Assembly (NCBI GenBank): GCA_964643135.1
Contig: CAZXPC010000001.1
Location: 39,726-103,725 of the forward strand
Reading direction: 5' to 3'
Source: an uncultured Candidatus Saccharibacteria bacterium
GTDB taxonomy: Bacteria; Patescibacteriota; Minisyncoccia; UBA6257; Colwellbacteraceae
Length of the DNA stretch: 64,000 nt
Shown here in pieces: positions 19,335 to 29,116 of the stretch; the stretch's first letter is position 1; each line of letters begins with the position of its first letter. The position numbers and the translations under genes are program-made. Under the pieces are notes generated by a model. That model saw only the letters and a program-made list of their open reading frames with translations, made no database searches and was not told the DNA's origin.

Positions 19335-20420
19335 ATGAAACTCCGTGAATACGAGGGTAAGGAACTTTTTAGGAAATATGGCATTGAGCCTCCCAAAGGA
19401 GAGCTTATTAATTCAACTTCCTCAGCGGTTTTAAAAGGGCCGGTGGTTTTGAAAGCCCAGGTTCTGTCGGGCGACCGCAAAAAGCACGGTGGAATTATAA
19501 TAACTAAGGAGAGTGATATTGGAAATAATATTGCGAAGCTTTTGGGTCGCGAGATTAACGGCGAAGTGGTGGAAAAGATATTAGTTGAGGAACTTATTGA
19601 TATTGCCGCCGAATATTATGCTTCGATTAGTTACGACACGGTTACGCGCGGGCCGGTTTTGGCGCTTAATGTTACTGGCGGGTCCGGCATCGAAAAGGCA
19701 GAAACATTTCCTTTGGATATCCTTGAAGCGACTATTCCAGAAAAATACCTAGAAACTATTCTTATTAAAACTGGTTTTCCAGCCAGTGATATCGCTGAAC
19801 TTTCCAAAATTATTCAAAACCTGTGGCAATTATTTATTAAAGAATATGCATTGCTCGCCGAGATTAACCCGATTTTTAAAACGAAAAGCGGCCACTTTGT
19901 CGCCGGGGATGCCAAAGTTATCCTAGATGATGAAAAAATCAATCCAAACGAACGAAGGTTTGTCTCAATGGGCGGGGATATTGCGATCTTGGCTTCCGGC
20001 GGCGGAGCGTCGATGCTTAATATGGACGCGCTTTTACACTATGGCGGCAAGCCTGCTAACTACACTGAATATTCTGGGAACCCGAAAGGTGAAGTAGTAA
20101 AAGAGCTCACAAAAAGGGTTCTGAGTCAGCCCGGCATAAATGGCTTGTGGGTTATCGGCGGTACGGCTAATTTTACAGATGTCTTTGAGACGCTTTCAGG
20201 GTTTGTGGAAGGTCTGGAGTCGCTTCCAGAGAAGCCTAAATACCCGATCGTAATTCGCCGTGATGGCCCGCGACAGAAAGAAGCGGCAGAGATGCTCAAG
20301 ATTTTCGCAGCCGAGAAGGGCTATGACATGCATATCTATGACCGAGAAATGCCGATGGAACAAAGCGCCAAGCTGATGGTTCAACTCGCAAATGAGTTCG
20401 CTCGTAAATCCAAAATCTAA
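19335..20420 (+). CDS. ATP-grasp CoA-ligase beta subunit with ATP-citrate-lyase-type citrate-binding domain
   Basis: MKLREYEGKELF, EINP, GGGAS, ANYTEYSGNP, IGGTANFTDV. Confidence 0.8.
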   Translation: MKLREYEGKELFRKYGIEPPKGELINSTSSAVLKGPVVLKAQVLSGDRKKHGGIIITKESDIGNNIAKLLGREINGEVVEKILVEELIDIAAEYYASISYDTVTRGPVLALNVTGGSGIEKAETFPLDILEATIPEKYLETILIKTGFPASDIAELSKIIQNLWQLFIKEYALLAEINPIFKTKSGHFVAGDAKVILDDEKINPNERRFVSMGGDIAILASGGGASMLNMDALLHYGGKPANYTEYSGNPKGEVVKELTKRVLSQPGINGLWVIGGTANFTDVFETLSGFVEGLESLPEKPKYPIVIRRDGPRQKEAAEMLKIFAAEKGYDMHIYDREMPMEQSAKLMVQLANEFARKSKI

Positions 20421-20513
20421 AACCCAAATGACAAATCAAGCTCTAAACCCAAAATCCAAATATTTGTCATTAAATCATTTGAATTTGATTAGTCATTTAG
20501 ATTTTGTCATTTA
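20406..20513. repeat. 7/8-mer-period imperfect inverted array between the two ligase subunit genes
   Basis: AAATCCA AAATCTA AAACCCA AATGACA... left arm; TTTGTCATT...TAGATTT TGTCATTT right arm ending just before ATG 20520. Confidence 0.7.
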
Positions 20514-20519
20514 ATCACC

Positions 20520-21452
20520 ATGGCTATCCTCATAAACAAAGACACAAGGGTACTCATACAGGGAATAACTGGTTCCGAAGGCTCGCGCGCGTGTAAAGAG
20601 ATGCTCTCATACGGCACCAAAGTCGTGGCCGGCGTTACGCCCGGTAAAGGCGGGCAGGAGGTTGCGGCTCAATTCAATGGCGAGGAGAAAAGAGTCCCAG
20701 TGTACAACTCGGTCAAGGAAGCGCTTGAAAAGCACCCAGATATTAATGCCAGCCTAATCGCTGTGCCGGCCAAATTTATTCGTGGAGCTGCGCAAGAGGT
20801 GATTGTTTCTAGAATCCCGCTAATAAATATATTAGCAGACCACGTTACAGTCGAAGATTGCGCGCTGATTTACGCACTTGCTAAAAAAGCCGGTGTGCAA
20901 GTTATCGGTCCATCTTCGATTGGGATTATCTCTCCGGCTGAAGGCGTCAAGCTTGGCGCGATCGGAAGCGGTGAAACTAAAGACGTTTTTACTCCCGGCC
21001 CGGTTGGCATAATTTCAAAAAGTGGGGGAATGACGGCCGAAATTTCTTCTGTTCTCTCGCGCGCCGGAATGGGGCAGAGTACAGTTATTGGAATCGGCGG
21101 CGACCAGATAATCGGATCAGACTTCGCTGACATATTAAAACTTTTTAAGGACGATGTAGAAACAAAAGTAGTCGTGATCTTCGGCGAAGTCGGCGGCAGC
21201 TACGAAGAACAAATGGCCGACTATATTATTACGGAAAAATTCAATAAACCAGTTATCGCAGTTATCGCCGGCGCATTTTCGGAAAAACTGCCGAAAGAAA
21301 CTGTCTTGGGCCACGCCGGCGCGATTGTTTCTGGCGGAAAAGGGAGCTACAAGTCAAAAATCGAATCGCTCACCAAAGCGGGAGTCTATTTGCCCAAGAC
21401 ACTGGAAGAGATCCCGACCATCTCTAGACAGCTAAAGGTTGTTAAAGTATAA
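20520..21452 (+). CDS. SucD-like CoA-ligase alpha subunit
   Basis: [25 protein letters not shown], phospho-His motif GHAGA. Confidence 0.85.
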   Translation: MAILINKDTRVLIQGITGSEGSRACKEMLSYGTKVVAGVTPGKGGQEVAAQFNGEEKRVPVYNSVKEALEKHPDINASLIAVPAKFIRGAAQEVIVSRIPLINILADHVTVEDCALIYALAKKAGVQVIGPSSIGIISPAEGVKLGAIGSGETKDVFTPGPVGIISKSGGMTAEISSVLSRAGMGQSTVIGIGGDQIIGSDFADILKLFKDDVETKVVVIFGEVGGSYEEQMADYIITEKFNKPVIAVIAGAFSEKLPKETVLGHAGAIVSGGKGSYKSKIESLTKAGVYLPKTLEEIPTISRQLKVVKV

Positions 21453-21459
21453 TTTACAC

Positions 21460-22113
21460 ATGGAGAAAAATGGATTTATAAATATATTTGTTTTGCTAGT
21501 TGCCCTTGTTATTATCGTGGCGGTTGGTGTTGGCGGATATTCCCTGATGAAAAATTCAGTGCCATCGGCTGATAAACAGAACCAACAGAATGGTCCCGTA
21601 CCGGGCACAGATACAGGGCTGTCGGCGAGCAATACTTTATTTTTTGACGCAGATTCACCGCCATTTATATATGCTAACTATGATTCTATTACCGTAAAAG
21701 AAAATCAGAAAATGGGAGGAACAGTATCTATCGAAAAAAGACTTGACGGAGAACTTTATATAGACGGCAAGAAAGTTATTTTATATTCTCCAGATCTAGA
21801 AACAGCTAAGAGTCGCAATGATGTTCGTGAGGAAGTTATAGGCAAAGTATCTCTTAATGCGAATGTTTATGATTTTCTTGGAATCCACCCCGAACTTATA
21901 CCGGAGAGTTGGAAAGCCAAAGATAGGCATGGCCTGGATCTCTTCGTCTACTTTTTCGGTACCATTTTCCAGGATTCTAGTGGCAGATTACTAGCTATTG
22001 AAGTTCACATTGATCCTGAGAATGGCCGGCTAGATCTTCTTTACATGCCACTCTTAGATACTTCGCCTTCAAGTCTCTGGTGTTCTAACTGTTACGCCGC
22101 CGTACTTGATTGA
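21460..22113 (+). CDS. membrane-anchored protein with pilin-like N-terminus
   Basis: MEKNG-FINIFVLL hydrophobic helix; TATAAT just upstream; C-terminal LNANVYDFL..HPELIPESWK..FFGTIF domain. Confidence 0.65.
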   Translation: MEKNGFINIFVLLVALVIIVAVGVGGYSLMKNSVPSADKQNQQNGPVPGTDTGLSASNTLFFDADSPPFIYANYDSITVKENQKMGGTVSIEKRLDGELYIDGKKVILYSPDLETAKSRNDVREEVIGKVSLNANVYDFLGIHPELIPESWKAKDRHGLDLFVYFFGTIFQDSSGRLLAIEVHIDPENGRLDLLYMPLLDTSPSSLWCSNCYAAVLD

Positions 22114-22132
22114 AATAGAGAATCCTATAAAT

Positions 22133-22774
22133 ATGAATAAATATTATGTCTATGTCGGATTATCAATTATGGCGCTGGCTATCGCTGGCGGGGTTTTGAG
22201 TGCCAGAGCTTATACGCATCTTGGAGGATCTCTTGCTGTAAGAAATATCCAAGTGCAAAAGGGATGGTATTTGCTTGGGGATGGTAGCGATATTCCGGTG
22301 TCATTGGTTGATAAGGCTGAGTATGCTTATCAATATATGCCGTTATTAAATCGTTATATTACGATAAAACCCTTAAATGTTTATCAACAGGATGTTCAGA
22401 AAGCTGCAGCAGATTATAAGCCTATGGGTATAAATCTTACCGAGGATTCATTTGATAAAGAACTGTTTGGTTCAGTTTGGCTGTATTTTGATGAGCCATC
22501 CACGATTTCTTTTACTGTTTATAAAGGTTTAGAAGAACAAAATGACGGGGTGCAATATCTATTATCCGGCTGGAATTTAAAATACATTAATTATTCCATG
22601 ATCGGGAAAAAATTTAGTGAAACTTCCGGGAACTGTAAAATTGAGAAAGCCTATACTTATAATCCTAAGGATGGCTGGGTGAAACTGTTAGACGGGTTGC
22701 AGCCAATCGATCAGGAGTCGCTTGGGTCCGGTTTCGCGGTTAAAGTTCAAGATGCCTGCGAAATGAAGATATAG
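22133..22774 (+). CDS. exported hypothetical protein
   Basis: Signal/TM N-terminus; AT-rich ORF with repeated GW(Y/N)L motifs. Confidence 0.65.
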   Translation: MNKYYVYVGLSIMALAIAGGVLSARAYTHLGGSLAVRNIQVQKGWYLLGDGSDIPVSLVDKAEYAYQYMPLLNRYITIKPLNVYQQDVQKAAADYKPMGINLTEDSFDKELFGSVWLYFDEPSTISFTVYKGLEEQNDGVQYLLSGWNLKYINYSMIGKKFSETSGNCKIEKAYTYNPKDGWVKLLDGLQPIDQESLGSGFAVKVQDACEMKI

Positions 22775-22836
22775 GATGCTCAGAGAATAACGCCCATCCC
22801 AGCGATTTTTACCGAATAAAAATAATAATTAAATTT

Positions 22837-22947
22837 ATGAAGAGGATTATATTAATAATTGTTCTGGTGGTAGTAGTCGGTGCGATTGGTTGGTATCTCT
22901 GGACCGTGATGAATCCCAATCATCTTCCGCCAGCATTCCCGAATTAA
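22837..22947 (+). CDS. 36-aa single-TM microprotein (not in ORF track)
   Basis: MKRIILIIVLVVVVGAIGWYLWTVMNPNHLPPAFPN. Confidence 0.5.
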   Translation: MKRIILIIVLVVVVGAIGWYLWTVMNPNHLPPAFPN

Positions 22948-23110
22948 CTTTCGAAGCATTCCTTAAAGAAGGCGAGTGTATATCTGCCCAAGACGTTGGA
23001 GGATATGCGAGCCATCTTAAGAAGTCTGATTTAGGCCCATAAATATTGGGTTTTTGGCTCTTGACAGAGTTGGGTTATTAATGGTATAATTGACCTTGGA
23101 GAATCCAAAC

Positions 23111-23401
23111 ATGACAGCCGTACCTTCCACCGCAGATGCGAACGTCGTCGGCCGAAAGTTCCTCGAGAAAGTCCTCACCGCCAGAGCGAGGGAAATGCTC
23201 GGCGGCACCTATGATGTGCCAGAAACTGCACCGGGGCATCCTGTTGGCCAGATCGCGGGAGCGGTCGATAAGCTCTGCTCATCGCTCGGCGAAGAGGACA
23301 AGCGCGTCGTCTCAGGCCTTCTGGAGGATATGGTCCTTGCCGAGGTCAAAGCACGCTTCGCCACGTACAATGCTGGACTTGGCAAGACCGGCAAGAAGTA
23401 G
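23111..23401 (+). CDS. small orphan protein
   Basis: Promoter TTGACA(23061)-N18-TATAAT upstream, GC-rich codons, hairpin plus GGGCCTTTTTT downstream. Confidence 0.6.
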   Translation: MTAVPSTADANVVGRKFLEKVLTARAREMLGGTYDVPETAPGHPVGQIAGAVDKLCSSLGEEDKRVVSGLLEDMVLAEVKARFATYNAGLGKTGKK

Positions 23402-23482
23402 CATGGTTCGCACTCCCGCCTAGGCACATTTTGTGCCACCCGAACGTTTCGACGTCTCGGGCCTTTTTTATTTCAAAGAAAT

Positions 23483-23516
23483 ATCCCCTTTATTGACGAT
23501 CGTAAATAAAGGGGAT
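23483..23516. promoter_or_regulatory. 34-bp near-perfect palindrome in the citryl-CoA lyase promoter
   Basis: ATCCCCTTTATTGACGA-TCGTAAATAAAGGGGAT; TATAAT follows at 23521. Confidence 0.6.
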
Positions 23517-23577
23517 CGGGTATAATGATGTCAGACACACTATTTACCAATTATTATTTAACGACTACTATTAAGTT

Positions 23578-24321
23578 ATGCAAAAGTGGAAAACGGGGAT
23601 AAGTACTCATAAGAACGGCGAACTGCACGTAAGGGGGGAAAAGCTGATCGACATGATTGGCAAGGCGAGTTTTGCGGACACGGCGTTTTTTGTAATGTCC
23701 GGGCGAATGCCGAACAAGAAAGAATCGGTCATGTGGAATGCTATTTTAACTGCCGCAGTCGAGCATGGCGTTGAAGCGCCGTCGGCTTTTGTCGCAAGAA
23801 CTGTCGCTTCAACTGGTAATCAATTTAACGCGGCGCTCGCGGCCGGAGTTTTGGCGATGGGCAATTGGCACGCCGGAGCAATAGAGAAATGCGCGGAGAT
23901 TTTGCAAACTGCGATTGCGGACAAGAAATCGGCCAAGTCGATTGCCTATGAAACGATTTCCAAGGGCGAGCGACTCTCGGGTTATGGCCATAAGGTCTAC
24001 AAAGACGCCGACCCAAGAACAGCCAAAATATTAGAAGTTGCGAAGAAAAATAAATTTGAAGGTGCGCATATAAAATTGGCGCTAGAAATCGAAAAGCATT
24101 TAGAAAAAGAAAGCGGGAAGCATTTGCCACTAAACATTGATGGCATTATTGCGGCGGTGATTTCTGACCTCGGCCTCGACTGGAGAATCGGCAAAGGAAT
24201 TTTTGCGTATGCGCGTATGCCGGGGCTTATTGCGCACATCCATGAAGAGATGGTCAACGAAAAACCTTACCGCCGCCTCGAAGAAGATGATGTTGAATAT
24301 ACGGGTCCGGAAGTTGTATAA
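23578..24321 (+). CDS. citryl-CoA lyase (citrate synthase-like fold)
   Basis: WKTGIS, EHG..APSA, GYGHKVY..DPR, LNIDG, R.PGL.AH..EE; 247 aa. Confidence 0.85.
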   Translation: MQKWKTGISTHKNGELHVRGEKLIDMIGKASFADTAFFVMSGRMPNKKESVMWNAILTAAVEHGVEAPSAFVARTVASTGNQFNAALAAGVLAMGNWHAGAIEKCAEILQTAIADKKSAKSIAYETISKGERLSGYGHKVYKDADPRTAKILEVAKKNKFEGAHIKLALEIEKHLEKESGKHLPLNIDGIIAAVISDLGLDWRIGKGIFAYARMPGLIAHIHEEMVNEKPYRRLEEDDVEYTGPEVV

Positions 24322-24333
24322 ATAGGAGTCTTG

Positions 24334-24404
24334 CGGGCTGTCGTATAGTGGTAGTATACATGGCTGGGGGTCATGCGGCCTGGGTTCAATTCCCAGCAGC
24401 CCGA
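24334..24404 (+). tRNA. tRNA-Pro(GGG), CCA not encoded
   Basis: Acceptor CGGGCTG/CAGCCCG, anticodon arm CATGG-CTGGGGG-TCATG, T arm CTGGG-TTCAATT-CCCAG. Confidence 0.95.
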
Positions 24405-24413
24405 CAGAAAATT

Positions 24414-24438
24414 AAAATCGCCCTTTCGGGGCGATTTT
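24414..24438. terminator. bidirectional intrinsic terminator
   Basis: AAAATCGCCC...GGGCGATTTT between convergent tRNA-Pro and rpmB. Confidence 0.8.
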
Positions 24439-24447
24439 GCCTTTCTA

Positions 24448-24684
24448 TTATTTGGCTGGAGTTGGGGCGGCTGGAGCCTTGGTTGGGGTAGCGGCAACTC
24501 TCAGGTTCTTGCTAAAAGTCTTGATGCACTGAACACAGGCGACGAGTTTCTCGCCTTTTTCGTTCTTAGTTTTCTGTAAGTTTGGGTACTTGCGAGACCA
24601 GTTGGTTGGGTTGTAGTTACCACGAAGCTTAATTCGGTGGCCAACCATGATCGAACCTTTGCCGCAATTTTCACACTGTTTCAT
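24448..24684 (-). CDS. rpmB: 50S ribosomal protein L28 (zinc-ribbon type)
   Basis: MKQCENCGK...RKYPNLQ...CVQCIKT. Confidence 0.85.
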   Translation of the reverse strand: MKQCENCGKGSIMVGHRIKLRGNYNPTNWSRKYPNLQKTKNEKGEKLVACVQCIKTFSKNLRVAATPTKAPAAPTPAK

Positions 24685-24737
24685 GCGGAATATGATATGA
24701 TAGTCAGAGATAAATGTAAAGAGGGGCAACACACTAT

Positions 24738-25364
24738 ATGAATCCATCAGTTTTAACCATATTCCAATTCATTATTCTGATCTTTTCGGCGATTATCCAC
24801 GAGGTCGCGCATGGCCTGATGGCGCTGAGCTTGGGCGATGAAACGGCTAAACGGGAGGGGAGGCTGACGCTTAACCCTATAAGCCACATTGACCCGGTTG
24901 GCACGATCTTGCTCCCGCTTTTAATGATTATGAGTGGTTCGCCGATTGTGTTCGGCTGGGCCAAGCCGGTGCCCTATAACCCGATGGCGCTTTATAAGGA
25001 TTTTCGGTTTGGGCCGCTGAAGGTCGCTTTGGCTGGGCCGTTTTCTAATTTGGCTTTGGCGGTTGTTTTTGGACTAATCATTAGACTTGGCGGAGGATTT
25101 TTCTCGGGTATCACTTTGCAGCTTTTGACTCTGATTGTGGTGATCAATGTTCTTCTTTGCATTTTTAACCTGGTTCCGATTCCGCCGCTCGACGGTTCCA
25201 AGATCCTCACTACTTTCTTGCCTCGTGAAGCCGCTTTTAAAATGGAAAGACTCGGATTTATGGGAATTCTTTTGGTCTTTCTTTTTCTTTATCTTTTTTC
25301 GGATACTTTGGGGAAGGCGGTTTTATTTGTATCGTCATTGATCACCGGCACCTCAATCCAGTAA
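24738..25364 (+). CDS. site-2 protease (M50) family protein
   Basis: HEVAH, GRLTLNP, AGP.SN, NLVPIPPLDG. Confidence 0.93.
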   Translation: MNPSVLTIFQFIILIFSAIIHEVAHGLMALSLGDETAKREGRLTLNPISHIDPVGTILLPLLMIMSGSPIVFGWAKPVPYNPMALYKDFRFGPLKVALAGPFSNLALAVVFGLIIRLGGGFFSGITLQLLTLIVVINVLLCIFNLVPIPPLDGSKILTTFLPREAAFKMERLGFMGILLVFLFLYLFSDTLGKAVLFVSSLITGTSIQ

Positions 25365-25507
25365 GTTGACAGGAAATCACTTTCTGTTATTATTTGGAAC
25401 TGTATCGACCTGTGTTCGATGCTTTTGTTTTATGGCTAAAACATTTGTGTCGGAGTTGCCACGGGAAGAACTAAGTTTTAAAAGAAGAATTAATAAAATA
25501 TTTTTGT

Positions 25508-25927
25508 ATGCCAACAATTTCACAACTCGTAAAACGAAAAAGGACTAATCCTTCCAAAAAGGACAAGAGTCCGGCTTTGGGTTACTACTTTAACGTTATT
25601 CAAAACAAACCAGTTTATTCAGTTTCGCCGTTTAAGCGCGGCGTTTGCTTAAAGGTTTTTACCACCACACCAAAGAAACCGAACTCAGCGCTTCGTAAAG
25701 TTGCTCGTGTTCGCTTAACCAATGGCCAAGAAGTCACAGCTTATATTCCGGGCGAAGGCCACTCTTTGCAGGAGCACTCAGTCGTTATGATCCGCGGCGG
25801 TAGGGTTAAGGACTTGCCAGGCGTTCGATACCACATTGTTCGCGGCCGGCTCGACACGACCGGAGTAACGGACCGAAAACAGCAAAGGTCAAAATATGGC
25901 GCCAAGACGCCTAAGGCTAAAGCCTAA
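25508..25927 (+). CDS. rpsL: 30S ribosomal protein S12
   Basis: [19 protein letters not shown]. Confidence 0.99.
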   Translation: MPTISQLVKRKRTNPSKKDKSPALGYYFNVIQNKPVYSVSPFKRGVCLKVFTTTPKKPNSALRKVARVRLTNGQEVTAYIPGEGHSLQEHSVVMIRGGRVKDLPGVRYHIVRGRLDTTGVTDRKQQRSKYGAKTPKAKA

Positions 25928-26014
25928 CCAATAACAAATAACCAATAACTCATAACAAATAACAGGAATGCATTTGTATCCCGTTATAAGTCATCAGTTA
26001 TAAGTAATAAGTTA
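25925..26014. repeat. TAAC/GTTA 7-mer inverted element, copy 1 (rpsL-rpsG)
   Basis: (TAACNNA)x5 TAAC, spacer, then GTTATAA GTCATCA GTTATAA GTAATAA GTTA. Confidence 0.9.
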
Positions 26015-26019
26015 AAAAT

Positions 26020-26505
26020 ATGAGAAAGAAACGTAATTATGCGAGAGTAAGGCGGCCGGATGTTAAGTATCAAGATGTAGCTTTGGCCCGCTTCATTAAC
26101 AAAATGATGTACGACGGCAAGAAATCAACCGCTGAACAAGTTGTCTACGGCGCTTTGGACATTGTCGCCAAAGAAACCAAGAAGGACGCCCTGGTTGTTT
26201 TCACAACTGCCATGGAGAATGCCTCGCCGCTAGTAGAAACCGTTTCGCGAAGAGTTGGCGGCGCTAACTATCAGATTCCTGAAGAAGTCCGCCCAGCCCG
26301 CAAATTTATCTTATCTTCAAGGTGGATTATCGAAGCTACCCGCGGCAAGAAGGGTAAGCCAACGGCTGAGAAGCTTGCTGAGGAATTGATGGCCGCTTTC
26401 AAGAACGAAGGCGCCGCAATCAAGAAGAAGCTTGATGTTCACAGGATGGCCGAAGCCAACCGCGCTTTTGCCCACTTTGCCCGCAAGAGAACTCCAACGA
26501 GCTAA
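26020..26505 (+). CDS. rpsG: 30S ribosomal protein S7
   Basis: DGKKS.AE, RRVGGANYQ, MAEANRAFAH. Confidence 0.99.
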   Translation: MRKKRNYARVRRPDVKYQDVALARFINKMMYDGKKSTAEQVVYGALDIVAKETKKDALVVFTTAMENASPLVETVSRRVGGANYQIPEEVRPARKFILSSRWIIEATRGKKGKPTAEKLAEELMAAFKNEGAAIKKKLDVHRMAEANRAFAHFARKRTPTS

Positions 26506-26592
26506 CTAATAACAAATAACAAATAACTCATAACAAATAACAGAAATGCATTTGCATCCCGTTATAAGTTATCAGTAATAAGTAATAAGTTA
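26503..26592. repeat. TAAC/GTTA element, copy 2 (rpsG-fusA)
   Basis: Same 90-bp length as copy 1; six differences by manual alignment. Confidence 0.9.
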
Positions 26593-26594
26593 AT

Positions 26595-28694
26595 ATGCGT
26601 AAATACCCAATTGAAAAAGTTCGGGACATTGGAATCATCGCGCACATCGATGCCGGTAAGACCACCGTTTCGGAGCGTATTCTTTTCTACACCGGAGTTT
26701 CTCACAAAATCGGCGAGGTGCACGAGGGCGAAACCGTCATGGACTGGATGGACCAAGAGCGTGAGCGAGGCATTACGATCACTTCCGCTGCGACCACCTG
26801 TTTTTGGACCCCGACTTATGTAAACGGCGACAAAAAGTTTGAACACCGAATTAACCTAATCGATACCCCGGGCCACATCGACTTTACGGTTGAAGTTAAG
26901 CGATCGCTCCGGGTGCTTGACGGCGCGGTCGTAGTTTTCGACGGCGTTTCCGGCGTGGAACCGCAGTCCGAAACCAACTGGCACTATGCCGACGACTACA
27001 AAGTTCCTCGCATCTGTTTTATCAACAAGCTCGACCGCATGGGCGCGAGTTATGAATTTTGTTTGAAATCTATCCGAGAAAGGCTCACTCCGAACGGCGT
27101 ACCAATTCAACTTAACATCGGCACCGAAGGCGAATTTAAAGGCGTGATCGACCTCATTAAGATGAAGGCCTATGGCTTTGAAGGCGACAAGGGCGAGACA
27201 ATCGTTGAAATTGAAATTCCGGAAAATATGAAGGAAGAAGCTCAAACTTGGAGAAACCAGATGATCGAAAAGATTGCCGAGACCGACGACGCGATGTCGA
27301 CCAAATATTTGGAAGGCGCCGAATTCACAGTTGACGAATTGAAGGCGGCCTTAAGGAAGGCGACCTTGAAAGTGCAGCTGGTGCCAATCGTTTGCGGATC
27401 GGCTTTGAAGAACAAAGGAGTGCAGCTCGTGCTCGACGCTGTTATCGACTACTTGCCGTCTCCGCTCGATGTGCCTCCGGTTAAAGCGATTGACCAGAAA
27501 ACCGGTTTGGAAGTTTTGCGCCACCCGGATGATACCGAACCTTTCACAGCACTTGCGTTCAAAATCGCGGCTGACCCGTATGTGGGCAGTCTTACTTTTT
27601 TCCGCGTATATTCAGGAACATTGAAGAAGGGTAGCTATATTGTGAACGTGACTAAGGGCAGGCAGGAACGCGTTGGCCGAATATTGCGTATGCATGCCAA
27701 CGAACGAGAAGAAATTGATGAAATCTATGCCGGTGAAATCGGCGCACTGGTAGCTCTTAAAGACACTACAACCGGAGACTCATTGACCGACCCGGAACAC
27801 CCGGTAGTTTTGGAAAAAATCGACTTCCCGGAACCGGTTATCAGCCAGAGAATTACCCCGAAGACTAAGGCTGATCAGGAAAAACTTGGCGTGGCTTTGA
27901 GGCGATTGGCCGAAGAAGATCCGACTTTCCGCGTAGCTGGCGACCCAGAAACCGGTGAAACTATCATTTCCGGCATGGGCGAATTGCACTTGGAAGTTTT
28001 GGTTGAACGTATGCGCCGGGAATTTAGCGTCGACACGACTGTCGGCCGGCCGCAGGTTGCTTACAAAGAAACTATTTTGGGCGAATCTGAAGCTGAAGGT
28101 AAGTTCATCAAGCAGTCCGGCGGCAAGGGTCAGTACGGTCACGTCTGGCTCCGTATCAAGCCTTTGGAACGCGGGAAGGGCTTTGAATTCATCGATGCTA
28201 CTAAGGGTGGATCAATTCCTAAAGAATTTATTAAGCCGGTTGAGAAGGGTGTCGAAGAGGCCCTTAGCCGCGGTGTAGTCGCAGGTTTTAAGATAATTGA
28301 TACCGAGGTCACCGTTTTTGACGGATCTTACCACGATGTCGACTCGTCTGAAGCAGCCTTCAAGATCGCCGGTTCGATGGCTTTGCAGGAATGCGTTAAG
28401 AAAGCTAAACCGGTTATTCTGGAACCAATTATGCGCGTGCAGACGCTGGCGCCGGTAGAATTCTTCGGCGACATCACGGGCGACATCTCTTCAAAGCGAG
28501 GACGCATTAACGAAATCACTGACAGAGGAATGATTAAAGTGACCGACTCCGAAGTTCCGCTTTCTGAAATGTTCGGCTATGCGACCAAGCTGAGGTCCAT
28601 GACCCAGGGCCGAGGATCCTTTACGATGGAATTTTTGAAGTACGAACCGGTGCCGAAGGCGGTAGAGGCTGACATCGTCGCCGGCAAAAAGTAG
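26595..28694 (+). CDS. fusA: elongation factor G
   Basis: [33 protein letters not shown]. Confidence 0.99.
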   Translation: MRKYPIEKVRDIGIIAHIDAGKTTVSERILFYTGVSHKIGEVHEGETVMDWMDQERERGITITSAATTCFWTPTYVNGDKKFEHRINLIDTPGHIDFTVEVKRSLRVLDGAVVVFDGVSGVEPQSETNWHYADDYKVPRICFINKLDRMGASYEFCLKSIRERLTPNGVPIQLNIGTEGEFKGVIDLIKMKAYGFEGDKGETIVEIEIPENMKEEAQTWRNQMIEKIAETDDAMSTKYLEGAEFTVDELKAALRKATLKVQLVPIVCGSALKNKGVQLVLDAVIDYLPSPLDVPPVKAIDQKTGLEVLRHPDDTEPFTALAFKIAADPYVGSLTFFRVYSGTLKKGSYIVNVTKGRQERVGRILRMHANEREEIDEIYAGEIGALVALKDTTTGDSLTDPEHPVVLEKIDFPEPVISQRITPKTKADQEKLGVALRRLAEEDPTFRVAGDPETGETIISGMGELHLEVLVERMRREFSVDTTVGRPQVAYKETILGESEAEGKFIKQSGGKGQYGHVWLRIKPLERGKGFEFIDATKGGSIPKEFIKPVEKGVEEALSRGVVAGFKIIDTEVTVFDGSYHDVDSSEAAFKIAGSMALQECVKKAKPVILEPIMRVQTLAPVEFFGDITGDISSKRGRINEITDRGMIKVTDSEVPLSEMFGYATKLRSMTQGRGSFTMEFLKYEPVPKAVEADIVAGKK

Positions 28695-28823
28695 AAATTT
28701 CTTTAAAACCAGCGATCTTCTGCGTTGCGGGTCCCGACAAACTTCGTCGAAGTAGTATTCAAAGACTACATCTCCTCGTTTGTCCTCCCGCGCCTTGGAT
28801 CTCATCTGATTTTATAGAAATTT
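28695..28823. repeat. 129-bp imperfect palindrome (MITE/REP-like)
   Basis: Ends AAATTTCTTTAAAACCAG / CTGATTTTATAGAAATTT (16/18 complementary); inner GCGGG/CCCGC, GACAAAC/GTTTGTC, GTAGT/ACTAC. Confidence 0.7.
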
Positions 28824-28832
28824 AAGTATAGT

Positions 28833-28864
28833 AAAAAAGCGTCCCGTTCTACGGGGCGCTTTTT
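28833..28864 (+). terminator. intrinsic terminator after fusA
   Basis: AAAAAAGCGTCCCG...CGGGGCGCTTTTT. Confidence 0.8.
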
Positions 28865-29116
28865 GACCTCTTGACGAATTATTTTAGATCAGTATACTAG
28901 CAAGTCTGTTCTTTATAAATTTGAGTTACTAAACCTCAAATTCTGCGGTGGACAGAAGGAGATTTCTTCTAAGAAGCCTCTTCCTGCCCCCGCGGAATTT
29001 GTGTGTTTCGAGCCTCACGGCTTGAGATACGCGGATGATGCGGTTCCCAGTCAGCAATGAAAGGGGACGATGGACATATGGGGATGTCCACCGAAAAACG
29101 ATGGAGTCGATACAAC

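Noticed and set aside
19335-21452. Calling these genes sucC and sucD
   Set aside because: Citrate-binding-type motifs and the nearby citryl-CoA lyase argue against it; symbols withheld
25366-25548. 60-aa ORF upstream of rpsL
   Set aside because: It starts inside the TTGACA -35 box of the rpsL promoter and spans the leader; no coding support
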